Origin: Octopus sinensis
Lineage: Eukaryota
Direction: 5' to 3'
NCBI RefSeq assembly: GCF_006345805.1
Contig: NC_042999.1
Span: 100,502,001 to 100,566,000, forward strand
DNA: 64,000 nt
Shown here: piece by piece, positions 1 to 12,321 of the stretch
How the letters are laid out: every line of letters starts with the position of its first letter
How positions within the stretch are numbered: the first letter of the stretch is position 1
Program-made: the position numbers and the translations under genes
The notes under the pieces: generated by a model
Databases searched by the model: none
The model's input: only the letters and a program-made list of their open reading frames with translations
What the model was told of the DNA's origin: nothing

Positions 1-92
1 CGACCTCGGCGGAATTTGAACTCACAACGTAACGCAGACGAAATACCGCTAAGCATTTCGCCCGGCGTGCTAACGTTTCTGCCAGCTCACAG
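1..92 (-). mobile_element. tRNA-headed SINE family A, 5' part (cut by window edge)
   Basis: Reverse complement reads gtgagctggcagaaacgttagcacgccgggcgaaatgcttagcggtatttcgtctgc...gagttcaaattccgccgaggtcg, with A-box- and B-box-like motifs; near-identical to copies at 5169-5402 and 7161-7395. Confidence 0.85.
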
Positions 93-94
93 CC

Positions 95-304
95 CTCTCC
101 ATACCACTGATGTTATCCAAGGGAAAAGCCGATACAGCTTGGCACCAGTGATGTCGTAACTCATTTCTGCAGCTGAGTTAACTGGAGCAACGCGAAATAA
201 AGTGTCTTGCTCAAGAACACAACACACAGCCCGGTCCGGGAATCGAACTCACAACCTCACGATCGTAAGCTCTAAGCTCTAACCACTGAGCTATGCGCCT
301 TCAC
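95..304 (-). mobile_element. tRNA-headed SINE family B
   Basis: Minus strand begins gtgaaggcgcatagctcagtggttagagc...gagttcgattcccggaccgg (A and B boxes), followed by gtgttgtgttcttgagcaagacacttta, a CORE/V-like central domain; a related head occurs at 44075-44412. Confidence 0.8.
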
Positions 305-314
305 ACTCGTTGGC

Positions 315-371
<57 letters not shown>
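315..371. repeat. (TAT)n microsatellite
   Basis: Directly visible trinucleotide run. Confidence 0.97.
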
Positions 372-881
372 CTAAGTTTTGTATACATCACCTAATCGGA
401 AATAATCCAACATGATCACAAAATCGACGAAGAAACGTTTAAGGGGAGATAACTTTCTTTATTAGATTCTGCTGTTACTTCTCTTTAAATTGAACATGCT
501 TTTTAATGCAGGTGATTGAATATATGCATACACTAAAAATCCTGTAGAAAACAAAATACAAATAACAGGCTAAGTTAACATAGCCTGTTTATAAATACAA
601 TAAGAACTGAACATATTTTCTGTCCTGTGAGTAGTGTGTTGAAAGACACTGTCTGATGGTCAGTCGAAATATTTTACTATTCTTTTATAGATTTCGAAGC
701 ACTATGGATTTTTACTTGATTACATTAACCTTAATACTTTGCCTGCCATTTATTTTATCGGCCTCAGAAGGGATCTGAAAGAATAAACTAATTGGCCGTG
801 AAAGAAAGCAACTGAGACGAATCCAAATTCTGTTTAATTTATATATTTTTTTTAAGGTACCATTTCTTACCTTATCACGTA

Positions 882-1180
882 CTAGCAGTATCGCCCGGCG
901 TTGCTCATGTTTGTAAGGGAAATAACTATATAAGCATTTTTAGAGAGTTACTTCCCTTATATAATAGCAAAAAATGCATTAAAAATGGGAAAAAATGATG
1001 GTAAATTTTTTTTTAAATCGTAGACTCATAGACGCGCGCTAATACCCAGAAGGGCTCGATATGAATGACGACTATGAGATACCCGCTTTTGGTTAAACTG
1101 CACCGCAAAATGTGGGAGTAGTTAGGAATCTAAATCGTAGGAAACAGACACTCACACAACTTCACTTTTATATATAAAGA
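882..1180 (-). mobile_element. Non-autonomous Helitron, short 299-bp variant
   Basis: Minus strand reads A|TCTTTATATATAAAA ... GAGCAACGCCGGGCGATACTGCTAG|T, i.e. TC...CTAG termini inserted between A and T with a subterminal hairpin; colinear with 43116-43621. Confidence 0.85.
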
Positions 1181-1920
1181 TATACAGATGCGTGTGTGTG
1201 TGTGTGTGTGCGCGCGCGTGCGCGCGTACGTGTACATATTCCCTACAATATTATATACATAGTGGGCCCGAATGTTCATGTAGTTAGGAAGAACACTCCG
1301 CGATAACCTGACTCTTCGTTTGAACCAAGGATCACCTTATTGCGAAGCGAATTTTTAACTACATGACCAGTCCAGCCGACTAGGTATATAATCTAATACC
1401 ACAGAAATGTATAAGAAATCTTGCAAAAGATAACTTACAGTAACCTTTTAAATGATCAATAAAATTAATGCCAGCAAAATATGGTAGTCTGTGCCATCGA
1501 TTCTACCCTTCTTCGACAAGCATTAAATATCTACCTAATCAAAAGAAATCAATAATTTCCATTATCGTAGCGTCTATTGATACAAGGGAGATAAGTTTTT
1601 ATTGTCCAGAACGCTATTATTAGTGGCTGAAGTCTTAGTTGAAATGCAATGGTCGAAAGCACAGCCAACGTCAGTACATTTTATGCAAGGAATATTAACT
1701 AGAAATAGTCACATGGTACAGGAAAAGCAATATTAGTCTACGACTAAAATTAATTTCATTTGTTCGAAAAGTATGGGAGACAAAACAGGTATTTTTTTTT
1801 TTTTTCAGGTTTATTGTGGACCTCACTAGCAAAATACATCCACAGTTCTTGCCTAAACATTGATACAATTACAAAGTATTCTTCTTATACTTTGTTTAAC
1901 TAGTAGAGTCCCTAATGCCT

Positions 1921-2007
1921 CTCTTTGTCTCTCTCTCTCTCTCTCTCTCTCTCCTCTCTCTCCTCTCTCTCTCTTCCTCTCTCTCTCTCTTCCTCTCTCT
2001 CTCTCTC

Positions 2008-2066
<59 letters not shown>
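1921..2066. repeat. (CT)n microsatellite
   Basis: Directly visible; explains the SL-repeat pseudo-ORFs. Confidence 0.97.
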
Positions 2067-2071
<5 letters not shown>

Positions 2072-2280
2072 TTAAGACATCGAAATGTTTCAGTCTCTAA
2101 TATATTGAGAACATTTTCATATTTAAAGAAAATAAGACGAAATACAGCAAATATAACTTAAAACAGTACATGATATAAACTGAAATGATGCAATTAATAA
2201 AGATAATCAAATAGTTTTGACTTAATAGATGAAATAAGGGATGAAATAAGGAGTGAGTCTGTGTGTATATATGGATGCAT

Positions 2281-2377
2281 GGATGTGTGAGTATGTATGT
2301 ATGTATGTAGGTAGGTAGGTAGGTAGGTAGGTAGGTAGGTAGGCAGGTAGTCAGGCAGGCAGGCAGGCAGGCAGGCA
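2281..2377. repeat. Compound tetranucleotide repeat (TATG)(TAGG)(CAGG)
   Basis: Directly visible graded series of 4-mers. Confidence 0.95.
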
Positions 2378-2389
2378 AGTAGTTAACTA

Positions 2390-2550
2390 CCGTATTTTAA
2401 CGTGTATAAGGAACCCTTTTTTGTCAAAAATTTAGGTTTAAAAAATATGGGAGTTTCTTATATATAGATAGTATTATAATCCCTTACAAAACGATTTTTC
2501 CAAATTTTAAGCCCATAATTTGGGGGTTCCTTATACACGTTAAAATACGA
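2390..2550. mobile_element. 161-bp MITE, Tc1/pogo-type
   Basis: 27-bp TIRs ccgtattttaacgtgtataaggaaccc (2390-2416) and gggttccttatacacgttaaaatacga (2524-2550), 1 mismatch, TA on both flanks. Confidence 0.9.
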
Positions 2551-3356
2551 TAGATAGATATGACTGTATAATTCTCTGTTGATTCACCAGGAGCGATTAA
2601 TTATGAGCTCATTACAAATGAAGAGTATTCTTTAATACATTATGACAGAAAGGCTCCGATTTCCAGTACTCAGAGTTGCTCCTTTCCGATCATCAGCTAG
2701 TAAGCCGAGCTTAGTTTTCCTTTGAATATACACTGTCCGAATACTTTTGAAATATGAAATGGGCGTTTGAAGGAAAAGCTCGTCCTTATGTTCCGTTTAA
2801 AAACCTTTGTGAACGACATGTGCGGAAACGGTTTTCATTCCATTTATGGTCCTCGTGGTAACACTAATATAAACGTCATGAAATCCCTACAATCGAAATG
2901 GTGAAAGTTCGTGGTTGTTTAAGCAATGTTGCGAAATAATATTTTTAATTAATGAGTGTGTATGCGTTGCTCATTTTGTATGCCCCTGAGTAGACGCATA
3001 CATATATACGTATGTACACACATATACGAACATATATACACAGAATTACGCATTCGTGTATAATCTATGCGTATAAATTTGACATGGGCGATTCTTTCTT
3101 GTCTTGGGATTCACGGTCAAACGGCTGGGTGAAACTGCGAGAAAAATTACACAGATGTGTAGAATGATCTGCTGGTGATGCAGAGCTTTGTATTTTTTCA
3201 TAGCTCCCATGGTTACCGGGATAATCTACTATAATAATACTCTTGTGTTTATGAATATTCAGATTGGGTATTGAAATGAAAACCAGGCTCGGTTTACCAG
3301 CTGTTGATAGGAAACGAGCAACCCTGAGTACTGGAAATCAGATCCCTTTTGTTACA

Positions 3357-3401
<45 letters not shown>

Positions 3402-3402
<1 letters not shown>

Positions 3403-4830
3403 TATTCCTATTTGAACATAAATGTGGTTTCCGATCTGGAAGAGGAACGATGGATATGATTTTCACAGCGTGACAGAGGCAGGAGAAGTGCTATGAGCAG
3501 AATATGGATCTTGTCCAGGTATTCATTGATTTAACCGAGGCCTTTGATTCTGTGAATAGGGCCTCCCTACGGAAAATACTCGGCAAACTTGGATGTCCGG
3601 ATCACATTGTATCAATAATTAAATCATTTAATGATGGAATGGAGGCTTGGCTCAATGTTGGTGGTGACATGGCGGAACCCATTCTTGTAGAGAATGGTGT
3701 CAAGCAGGATGACAACTCTCTTTTCTATGTACTTTGTTGCTACTCTTACTCATGCTTTTTCTGTGGACAGATCTTCTGTGATATATGTTAGGTATCGCTC
3801 TTCTGGCCGCCTTTTTAACCTGCGTCGATTTTCTGCCAATTCAAAAGTTTTCCAGTCTCTTATTCGTGACCCTCTTTATGCAGATGACTGTGATTTAGTC
3901 ACTCATACAGCGGAGGATATGCAAATACTTGTGAATCATTTCTGCTTCTTGCAAGGCATCTGGACTCAGCATTAGACAGGACAAGATTGTTGTAATAGTC
4001 CAGCCTGCACCAGGAAATCCATTCGTAGAACCAGCTATCTTCGTTGAAGGAACAATACTGAAAGTGGTAGACAAGTTTGTCTGCTTGAACAGCACCCTCA
4101 GCCGGTCTTGCTCTCTGCGTGTTGAAATATCTTTCAGGCTGCAGAGAGCAACTGATCCCTTCAGGCCTCTTGAATCTCGTGTCTGGTCCCAACATGGTAT
4201 CACAAGGCGAACAAAAATTGCTATGTGCCGTGCATGTGTACTGGCATCGCTCCTTTACACATGTGAGACATGGACCCTTTACAAATGTCATGTAAGGGCC
4301 CTTCAACGCTTCCATCAGAGATGTCTGAGACACTTTCTGGATGTTACCTGGACCTTAAGAACTCCAGATACACAGGTCCTGAGGAAAGCCGTTATCCTGA
4401 GTATTGAGGCGATGGTGCACAAACACCGGTTGTGTTGGACTGGACATCTTGTTAGAATGAATGATAGCAGGATCCCTAAACAGTTGCTATGTGAGCAACT
4501 TGTTAGTGGAAAGTGACCCCGGCAAAATCCAAGACTGCAGTTTAAGGACTGTGTAAAGTCCCCATTAAATGCCTGTGAAATGTTTGAGGCTGACTGGGAG
4601 AGTAATGCTTGTTATCGCCAAGGATGGAGGAAACAGGTAAAGGATGGAGCTGATAAATTTGAAAAAGCATGCACTCTTCATGAAGATTTTAAGCGTGCGA
4701 CTCGAAAACGCATAGCTAGTGTAATGAATGGGGAAAGCTTGGTCTGCAATGTTTGTCAAGATCAGGGCTCTTAGTCACCAACGGAGCCGTGTGAAGTATG
4801 AGGTAACCTTGAGCGCACAATGTTCCTAAA
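3402..4830 (+). mobile_element. 5'-truncated, frameshifted RTE/BovB-like LINE (RT pseudogene)
   Basis: RT motifs spread over several frames: GFRSGRGTMDMIF, FIDLTEAFDSVNR, LGCP, GVKQ, YADDC, VVDKF, LLYTCETW, RFHQRCLR, RIPKQLL; starts right after a (TG)n tract (3359-3401). Confidence 0.9.
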
Positions 4831-4955
4831 GGTCAGTAATGGTTTTCCTCGGTTACGAGTGGACTGCCATCATGTATGTAAGCATGTATATGTATGTGTG
4901 GGGTGGAGGGGATGAATGGATGGATGGATGGATTAGGCCCATATGTATGAACCTG

Positions 4956-4999
<44 letters not shown>

Positions 5000-5003
5000 A
5001 TAT

Positions 5004-5402
5004 TCTTTTCTACACTCGGCACAAGGCCCGAAATTTTGGGGGTGGGGCCAATCGATCAGATTGACTCCAGTACGCAACAGGTACTTAATTTATCGACCCC
5101 AAAAGGATGAAAGGCAAAGTCGACCTCGGTGGAATTTCAACTCAGAACATAGCGGCAGACGAAATACCTATTTCTTTATTACCCACAAGGGGCTAAACAC
5201 AGAGGGGACAAACAAGGACAGACATAGGTATTAAGTCGATTACATCGACCCCAGTGCGTAACTGGTATTTAATTAATCGACGCCGAAAGGATGAAAGGAA
5301 AAGTCGACCTCGGCGGAATTTGAACTCAGAACGTAATGGCAGAGGAAATACGGCTACGCAATTCGTCCGACGTGCTAACGTTTCTGCCAGCTCGCCGCCT
5401 TA
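5004..5402 (-). mobile_element. Composite (dimeric/nested) SINE family A
   Basis: Full copy 5402-5169 with tail ...ccccttgtgggtaataaagaaata joined at ggtatttcgtctg to a head-truncated copy 5168-5004 with a different tail (...gccttgtgccgagtg); the central core gtcgactttgcctttcatcctttcggggtcgataa is present twice. Confidence 0.85.
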
Positions 5403-5433
5403 TATATACTATTTATATTATATTATACTATAA

Positions 5434-5650
5434 TAAGGCAGTGACTTAGCAGAATTGTTAGCTCGCTGGGCAAAATGTTTACCGGCATTTCGTCTGTCTA
5501 TGCATTCTGAGTTCAAATTCCGTCGACGTCGATTTTGCCTTTTATCCGTTAGAGGTCGGTGAATTAAGTACCAGTCGAACACTGGCGTAGATGTAATCCA
5601 ATAACCACTTCCTCTAAAAAATGTCAGCACTTATGTCTATGATAGAAAGG
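5434..5650 (+). mobile_element. SINE family A, diverged
   Basis: taaggcagtgacttagcagaattgttagc...gagttcaaattccgtcgacgtcgattttgcctttt; head-to-head with the 5169-5402 copy. Confidence 0.8.
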
Positions 5651-6000
5651 AATATATATAGATAAAAATTCCAAGTATCGAAGTGTAGGAAGAAAAGTTA
5701 GCTTCAAGCAATACGTAGTAAATATTAAAAACAACTTTCAGGGACTATAGTAGTTTATTGAGACGGAAGGCTGTGGATTTTTTTCTTATCGAAGTACGAT
5801 ATATTGAAAAAATTTTATTTTTTTTTTATATTTCACGGTAGGCAACCAGGAGACGCCGCAAAACTATCAAGAAACAACAGGTCAAGGGAAATAACTTTTA
5901 CATTTTGTTATGCTATTGCTTTGCCTTGATAATAAATTGTTATTGCTTCTATCCATTCATCTATGAATATAATGTTTTTTCATATATTAGGAGTGGTTTA

Positions 6001-6215
6001 GGGCGGCAAGGTAGCAGAATCATTAGCACGCCCGGCAAAATGCTAAACAGCATTTCATCCGTCTATACGTTCTGAGATCAAATTCGGCCGAGATCGACTT
6101 TGCCTTTCATCCTTTCGTGGTCAATAATATAAATTCCAGTTGAGTACTGGAGGGCATCTAATCGGCTTAGCTCCTTCCCCGAAATTTCTGGCCTTGTGCC
6201 AATATTTGAAAACAA
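6001..6215 (+). mobile_element. SINE family A
   Basis: ggcggcaaggtagcagaatcattagcacgcccggc...gagatcaaattcggccgagatcgactttgcctttcatcc...ggccttgtgccaatatttgaaa. Confidence 0.8.
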
Positions 6216-6436
6216 TATTTAAGGAGAGGTTTCTAATAAATGCACAGGATTGAAATATGGGTATAATGGAGGGATTTTAGAGTCTAATCTTTAGACTATT
6301 AAATCAACCGCGATTGACTAGTATTTTATTTTATCTATCTCGGTGGGATAAAAGGCGAAAATGACCACGGCAGAAAAGAGAGGAAAAAATTGGTGTACGA
6401 TTTCGAAATGGGGGGAAACTCGACGAAATAAAAAGG

Positions 6437-6486
<50 letters not shown>

Positions 6487-7080
6487 TTGTAAGACCCTAG
6501 GATCTAGGTGTAGGAAGCCATTAAACTTCAAGCAGTCCGTGGTAGGTATAAGGAAACAACGTTCAGGAACAATAATAATTCATTGACGTCGAAGGTTATA
6601 GGCTATTCCTAGATCGAAGTTCGATAAGCTGAAAAACTCTTTTGTTTCGCTCATGGTCAGCAACTAGAGTTGAGAGAGTGAAAACAGGTAAAATCCAGGC
6701 TACATATGTTTCCTAGCTAGCTGATCCTCTGATGTAATAATTACTCAACGAGGGATACTTACCTAGCTAATCGTCAAGCCGAAGGTACCTTAATTATATA
6801 AAAGTTACATTGTCGTTTAGGAACCCCAAGTTAACTCACCGAAGATGTAGTTTGAAATGACTGGTGAAGTCGGAAGAAGTGAATAAAAAAAATTAAAAGA
6901 AATAAATTGGTCAGTAAATAAGGAAAGTGAAGAAAGCGGTCAAATATTTGGTAGTGGGGAATCGTATAAAAATGTTAAGAATAAAGAAAAGGAAAATGGG
7001 GAAAAAGAGAGGAGTTAAGGTAAATGAGAAAAGGGGAAAGGTCGTTGTGAATATTAAGCTGGGGCCACTTTAGTATGTCA

Positions 7081-7395
7081 ACGGTGAGCTGGCAGAGAAG
7101 ACGGCGAGCTGGCAGATAAGGCGGCGAGCTGGTAGATAAGGCGGCGAGCTGGCAGATAAGGCGGCGAGCTGGCAGAAACGTTAGCACGCTGGGCGAAATG
7201 CTTAGCGGTATTTCGTCTGACGTTACGTTCTGAGTCCAAATTCCGCCGAGGTCGACTTTGCCCTTTATCCTTTCGGGGTCGATAAATTAAGTACCAGTTA
7301 CGCACTGGGGTCGATATAATCGACTTAATCCGTTTGTCTGTCCTTGTTTGTCCCCTCTATGTTTAGCCCCTTGTGGGTAGTAAAGAAATCGGTAT
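7081..7395 (+). mobile_element. Young SINE family A copy (7161-7395) preceded by four tandem 20-bp copies of its own 5' end
   Basis: Units acggtgagctggcagagaag / acggcgagctggcagataag / gcggcgagctggtagataag / gcggcgagctggcagataag, then gcggcgagctggcagaaacg... continuing as a full SINE with CpGs intact. Confidence 0.9.
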
Positions 7396-7904
7396 ACAAA
7401 TGCTTTGGTTCACCCATGCATACACATTTATACAGAATAAAAGACATGTTAGAAGAAATGAAATGGTAAAGATTAAGAAGAAAAGGAAAGGAAGAGGTCA
7501 AATATTTAGGAGTGGGAGTTGGGTGGAGTTGTTAGGAAAGAAGAGAAGAGGAAGAAGAAAGTGAGGGAGATAGTCATAAAACGTTGTAGCCTTTAAGGGG
7601 AAACATAACAAGCACAGGTAATGTTGGTCGCTAATGTTGGTCGCTTACTAATTTACAATAAATATACACAATCGCGCACCCATGCATACACGTGTACACT
7701 CACTGTGCCCCCATGATATCAACATAAGTGTGCGCGCATACGTGTACGCATATCCCCATATGCAAAACGGATGGTATAAAGAGATCACAAAGTTTTAAAA
7801 ATGTATTTTAAAAATAGCTCAAAAAAGTACGTTATGAATACATAGGAGAAACTCAAATGGGGGGGATGTACGAGGATTAACTAGGGAATTATCGGGGAAG
7901 GTAT

Positions 7905-8975
7905 ATATTGGATCATCCCATAAATAATGCAGTTTTTTTATACTTTTATTTTTCAAAATCAAGATAAAAAAAAAGCTCTTTTTTAATCTAAAATATACTC
8001 TCCTTCATTTTCTACAATGCTCTTCCATCTATCTGGTAGACTTGCATGGCCCCTCTTCCAAAATTTACTTATCCATAACGAAAAATACACCTCCAGTATT
8101 GTTCTGATCTTGTCTACAGAATGCATATTTTTTCCGTCCAAATGATTTTGAAGACTGTGGAATAAATGATAATCAGATGGGGCAATGTCCAATGAATATA
8201 GAGGGTGGTGCATCATCTCCCATTCAAACTACTCCAGCCTTTGGAATGTCATCCTTTCTGTATGTGGCCGAGCATTATCCTGGTGGAAGAACATCTTTCG
8301 TCTTGAAACCAAAGATGGTCATTTTTCTTCTAGCGCTGACTTAAGCTGTTAAAGCTGCTCCCAGTAGATCTCCTTTGTTATCGTTTGGTTTGGGTTTAAA
8401 AGTTCAAAGTGGACTAAATCTCTCATATCCCATCAAATAGATAACAACACCTTACATGGGTGAATACCTTCTTTAGCCTGGAGTGCCGGTGTTTCTCTTT
8501 TCCCTACCCATTGTCTTCGGCGCTTGACATTTTTATAGAGAATCCATTTCTTATCACCAGTCGCTTTTTGGCCAAAAATGGTCCATTTGTGAGACGTGAC
8601 AGCAAAGAATAACACACATTCTCTCCTGCGTGTAATTAGACTCGGAAAGTTTGTGAAGAACCCATTGACCCAATTTTCTGACTTTTCCGATGGCACGCAG
8701 GTGGCGAGGAATGGTTGACTGACCAAATCCAAGCTACTCTGCTAGTTCCTCAACAGTTACAACGGGATATGACGTCCTCGTCAAGTTCTACAGATCTTCC
8801 AGGACGAGGCTCGTCTTAAAGGCTGTGGTTTCTGGCTCAGAATTTCTGGAACCACCGCTGACATTGGCTTACGCTGAATGAATGACCATCTCCGAGAAAG
8901 GCAATCTCTCCGAACCCTAAAAAACTATTGCACCTTGCACTCACTTTTAATAGCTGTAAGGTGAAGAAGACAATG
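7905..8975 (-). mobile_element. Decayed mariner transposon
   Basis: Fragments QCQRWFQKF (HTH), TGDKKWILY, HPLYSLDIAPSDYHLFHSLQN...LPDRWKSIVENEGEYILD; Hsmar-like TIR remnant tattggatcatcccataaataatgcagtttt at about 7905-7937. Confidence 0.88.
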
Positions 8976-8993
8976 GCATCCCTAGCCTCACTC

Positions 8994-9033
<40 letters not shown>

Positions 9034-9885
9034 TCTCTCTCTCCCCTTCTCTCTCTCTATCTATCTTTCTCGTTTTCTCTCTCTCCCTCTCTCTATTTCT
9101 TTCTTTCTTGAGCTGTCTGGTCTCTTGCCATCTCCTCTCAGCTACTCTCCAACCACACTTTCTCTCCCCTTCCATCATCTTTGCCGTGTCCAATACCGTA
9201 CGTCCGCATTAATCACTATGCCTAATCCTTCAATCCCAGAGTGTTGGTCCTCTGGAATTTTAGCTTATGTCAGGACACATGACGTTCTTGTTTTGGGGGT
9301 TTTTTTAATCAACAATAGTAACACATATGCGTAATAATGACGAAATAAAAACTCAACGTAAATATATTTTCAGTATTTCAAATGTTTCTTTTATTCCGTC
9401 CTTTTTCACCCCCAGAGGTAGAAAATAGCTAGAGAAGAAGAAGAGACCTATAATGAGCAAGACCGAGAAAGGACCTAGAAAATGAGTAAACTCAATCGAA
9501 GAAAACAAAGGACAGGATCAAAATAAAACGAAGATAAAATAAAGGACAGACTAAGACCAAGAAAACATTGGTATGATGTAGATTGTGTCTTGTCTGTTAA
9601 ATCCATGACACCATTAAGATACTTCACAGGCCAGTATGGTAAGATAGACGACGAAGTTAGCCTGCAATCACCAAATACCTTTAAACACTCAACGAACACA
9701 GAGAATTTTATCCCTAAATCGTATGATATCCGGGTAAGGATATATATATATGAGATGCCAAATGAATCAATGATTATCTTATGAACTTCATTAGCTTACA
9801 GCTATTTTCTGCTATGAGATGCAGTTGAGTGGTTGCAGTCAAATGACAAACAAATAAGAGAATAAAAGAGAATAGAAAATATATA

Positions 9886-11101
9886 CAGGGGTTGGACAAA
9901 ATAATGGAAGCATGTAGCATCATAGCATCATAATTTTGCAATATCTATAAAACCGTCAAAAGCTTGTTTATTTTCATGCTTTCTGATTTATTATTAATGT
10001 TGCTTAATATGTTTTGATAAAATTGCTGTTTCTTTTCAGATATCACCAGAAAAAGGTAGTTAAAATTCATTAAAATGACAGATCTATCGGACTTTTAAAG
10101 AGGTCAAATTGTAGGTGCTCGTATGGTTGGCGCTAGCGTAACAAAAACAGCCGAAATGTTCGGTGTATCAAGAAGTACTGTCTCGAAAATAATGACAGCC
10201 TTTGAGAAAGAGGGAAAAACCTCCTCGTCGAAACAAAACTCCGGAAGAAAACCATAACTTTCAGATAGGGACCGTCAGACTCTTACGCAAATTGTTAGAA
10301 AGGATCACAAAAGTACAGCTGCCAAAATTGCTGCAGAGCTTAATGACCACCTCGAGAATCCAGTTTCCACAAAACCTGTTCGCCGGATTACGGGAGGGCT
10401 GCAATCAGAAAACCACTACTTTCAAAAGCAAACGTTGCAAAGCGTTTAGAGCTGAGTAAAAACCTACAGAATTGGTCCCTAGAGCAGTGGAAGAATGTTA
10501 TTTTCTCGGACGAGTCATCCTTTACCTTATTTCCGACCACCGGCCGAGTATACGTGTGGAGACAGCCAAAAGAAGCATTTGATCCAGACTGCCTTAAACA
10601 TGGAGGAGGATCTGTGATGATTGGGCGGGGGAGGCTATATCTTGGAAATCTGCCCGCCTAATGGTTTCCCTTCATGGCAGAATTAATAGTGAAGACTATT
10701 TAAGTATTTTCAAATTTCGGAGGGGAATGCAATCTTTCAGGATGATAATGTACCATTTCACACAGCTAAGATTGTTACTGAGTGGCACGAGGAACATTCT
10801 AGTGAAGTTGAACATCTTATCTGGCCACCACAGTCCCTAGATCTCGATATTACTGAACATTTATGGTGCATTTTAGAAAAACAAGTAAGGAGTCGATATC
10901 CTCTACCATCATCACTACAAGAACTGGAGACTGTTTTAGCTGAAGAATGGAGAAAAATTCCTATGGAAACAATTCAAACTTTGTACGAGTGCATACTTCG
11001 TAGAATTCAAGCTGTAATTACTGCCAAAGGCGGTCCTACCTCATATTAAAATACATTTGCTTGAAATTTTAAGGTATTTCCATTATTTTGTCCAATCCCT
11101 G
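9886..11101 (+). mobile_element. Full-length Tc1-family element with inactivated transposase (pseudo-CDS about 10075-11049)
   Basis: 24-bp TIRs caggggttggacaaaataatggaa and ttccattattttgtccaatccctg (1 mismatch), TA on the left flank and CA on the right; MTDLSDF*RGQIVG..., SGRKP*LSDRD, FSDES, FQDDN, WPPQSLDL, AKGGPTSY*; premature stops and frameshifts. Confidence 0.93.
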
Positions 11102-11111
11102 CATATATATA

Positions 11112-11666
11112 TGTAACGAAATGTGAATATCTTCTCTGCACTGTTTGGGTGCAAGAAGCAATCACTATCCGTTGCTTTTTAATAATCCAGATTCTACCTG
11201 TCAAAGAAACACAAAACGCAGACGTAAAAAATAGATATACTTTATTGTCTTATACCGGTGAGAAATAAGTGGTATATCTGATATCCCTTGGTTCTGGGCG
11301 CGCAAGGCTGAAAGTTAATCGCTTGTAAGATTTTACAATGTTCAGCCGCTAAAAACAGAACAGGTTAAAGATGGCTGCGGAAAAATGAAGACGATGTTGT
11401 CTGCAACAATTTGGTTAAAGTCTTCAGCCGACTGCTATCAAATACGGACAGAGAGAAATATACGTCTGCTTGTATCAAAAGCCTTCTGCTGTCTCCTCGA
11501 CGCTAATGGTCAAGGTTTTTGCGTTCCCTTGCCTCTTTTCTAAGGGTCGCTTTTCCTAGCCAATCAGCTAATTCCACGATAGCAATATTCCCTTTTCTGG
11601 TGATGAAAACACGCGCGAATCAGAAAAGGGCGTTGCGCGCGCGCGCTGTTGTATAGTGTCACTACA
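11112..11666 (-). mobile_element. Probable solo LTR (555 bp)
   Basis: TGTAAC...ACTACA termini (TG...CA), tata on both flanks (inserted in a TA tract), AATAAA on the minus strand at 11246-11241, no coding capacity, no partner LTR in the window. Confidence 0.6.
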
Positions 11667-11669
11667 TAT

Positions 11670-11731
<62 letters not shown>

Positions 11732-11842
11732 ATATATATATTAAGTTTTAACGTTCTAGCCTACTTCTGCTGTTTACAGCAGTGCTTGGAAGAAAGGTGT
11801 GCAGCGTGTGATCGTCGCATTGACCATGACAGAGAAAGTTGT

Positions 11843-12321
11843 CATGGCGATACTTGCTCAGAGGCCTACGCAAAGTTGCAAAAAGATTATGGAGAGAAGT
11901 GTATGAGCCGCACACAAGTGTACAAGTTGTTCAGTTGTTTTCAGGATGGCCGAAAATATGTCGATATCGATGAACGTTCTGGGAGACCTGCAACCAGCAG
12001 AACTGAGGAAAATATCGCAGATGTGCGTGCAGCTGTGAAGGGAAATCGTCGAATCACCATCCGTCAGTTATCAGAAGATGTGCAGATTCGTTACGGTTCA
12101 GTTCAATCCATTATCACTGAAGATTTGGGTATGAGACGCGTGTCTGCCAAATGTGTACTAAAACTGCTTTCAGCTGACCAAAAAGATATTTGGGTTTCAG
12201 TTGCACAAGGTCTCCTTGATTGTGTCCAGAACGATGAAAACGTTTTTGAAAACTTTGCGTAGGCCTCGGAGCAGTTATAGCCAAGCTTTTGACAAAATTT
12301 GATGCAGATTCTCTGCTCAAC
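11843..12321 (+). mobile_element. Mariner N-terminal (HTH) fragment with an inverted copy of its own 5' coding segment
   Basis: + frame: SEAYAKL...MSRTQVYK...DERSGRP...RRITIRQL...DLGMRRVSAK; minus strand 12321-12251 encodes VEQRICIKFCQKLGYNCSEAYAK. Confidence 0.85.

Noticed and set aside
230-304. tRNA-like sequences here and at 13948-13995 and 44340-44412
   Set aside because: They lack a complete cloverleaf/acceptor stem and continue into SINE bodies, so they are SINE heads, not tRNA genes.
1860-2378. ORFs rich in SL, LS or LPTY repeats
   Set aside because: Translations of (CT)n and tetranucleotide microsatellites. The same applies to the IY/CV/MYVC ORFs at 12.9-13.4 kb and 20.7-21.3 kb and the poly-L ORF at 13931-14227.
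7081-7180. Regular 20-bp direct repeats resembling a CRISPR array
   Set aside because: No spacers, eukaryotic context, and the unit is the SINE 5' end.
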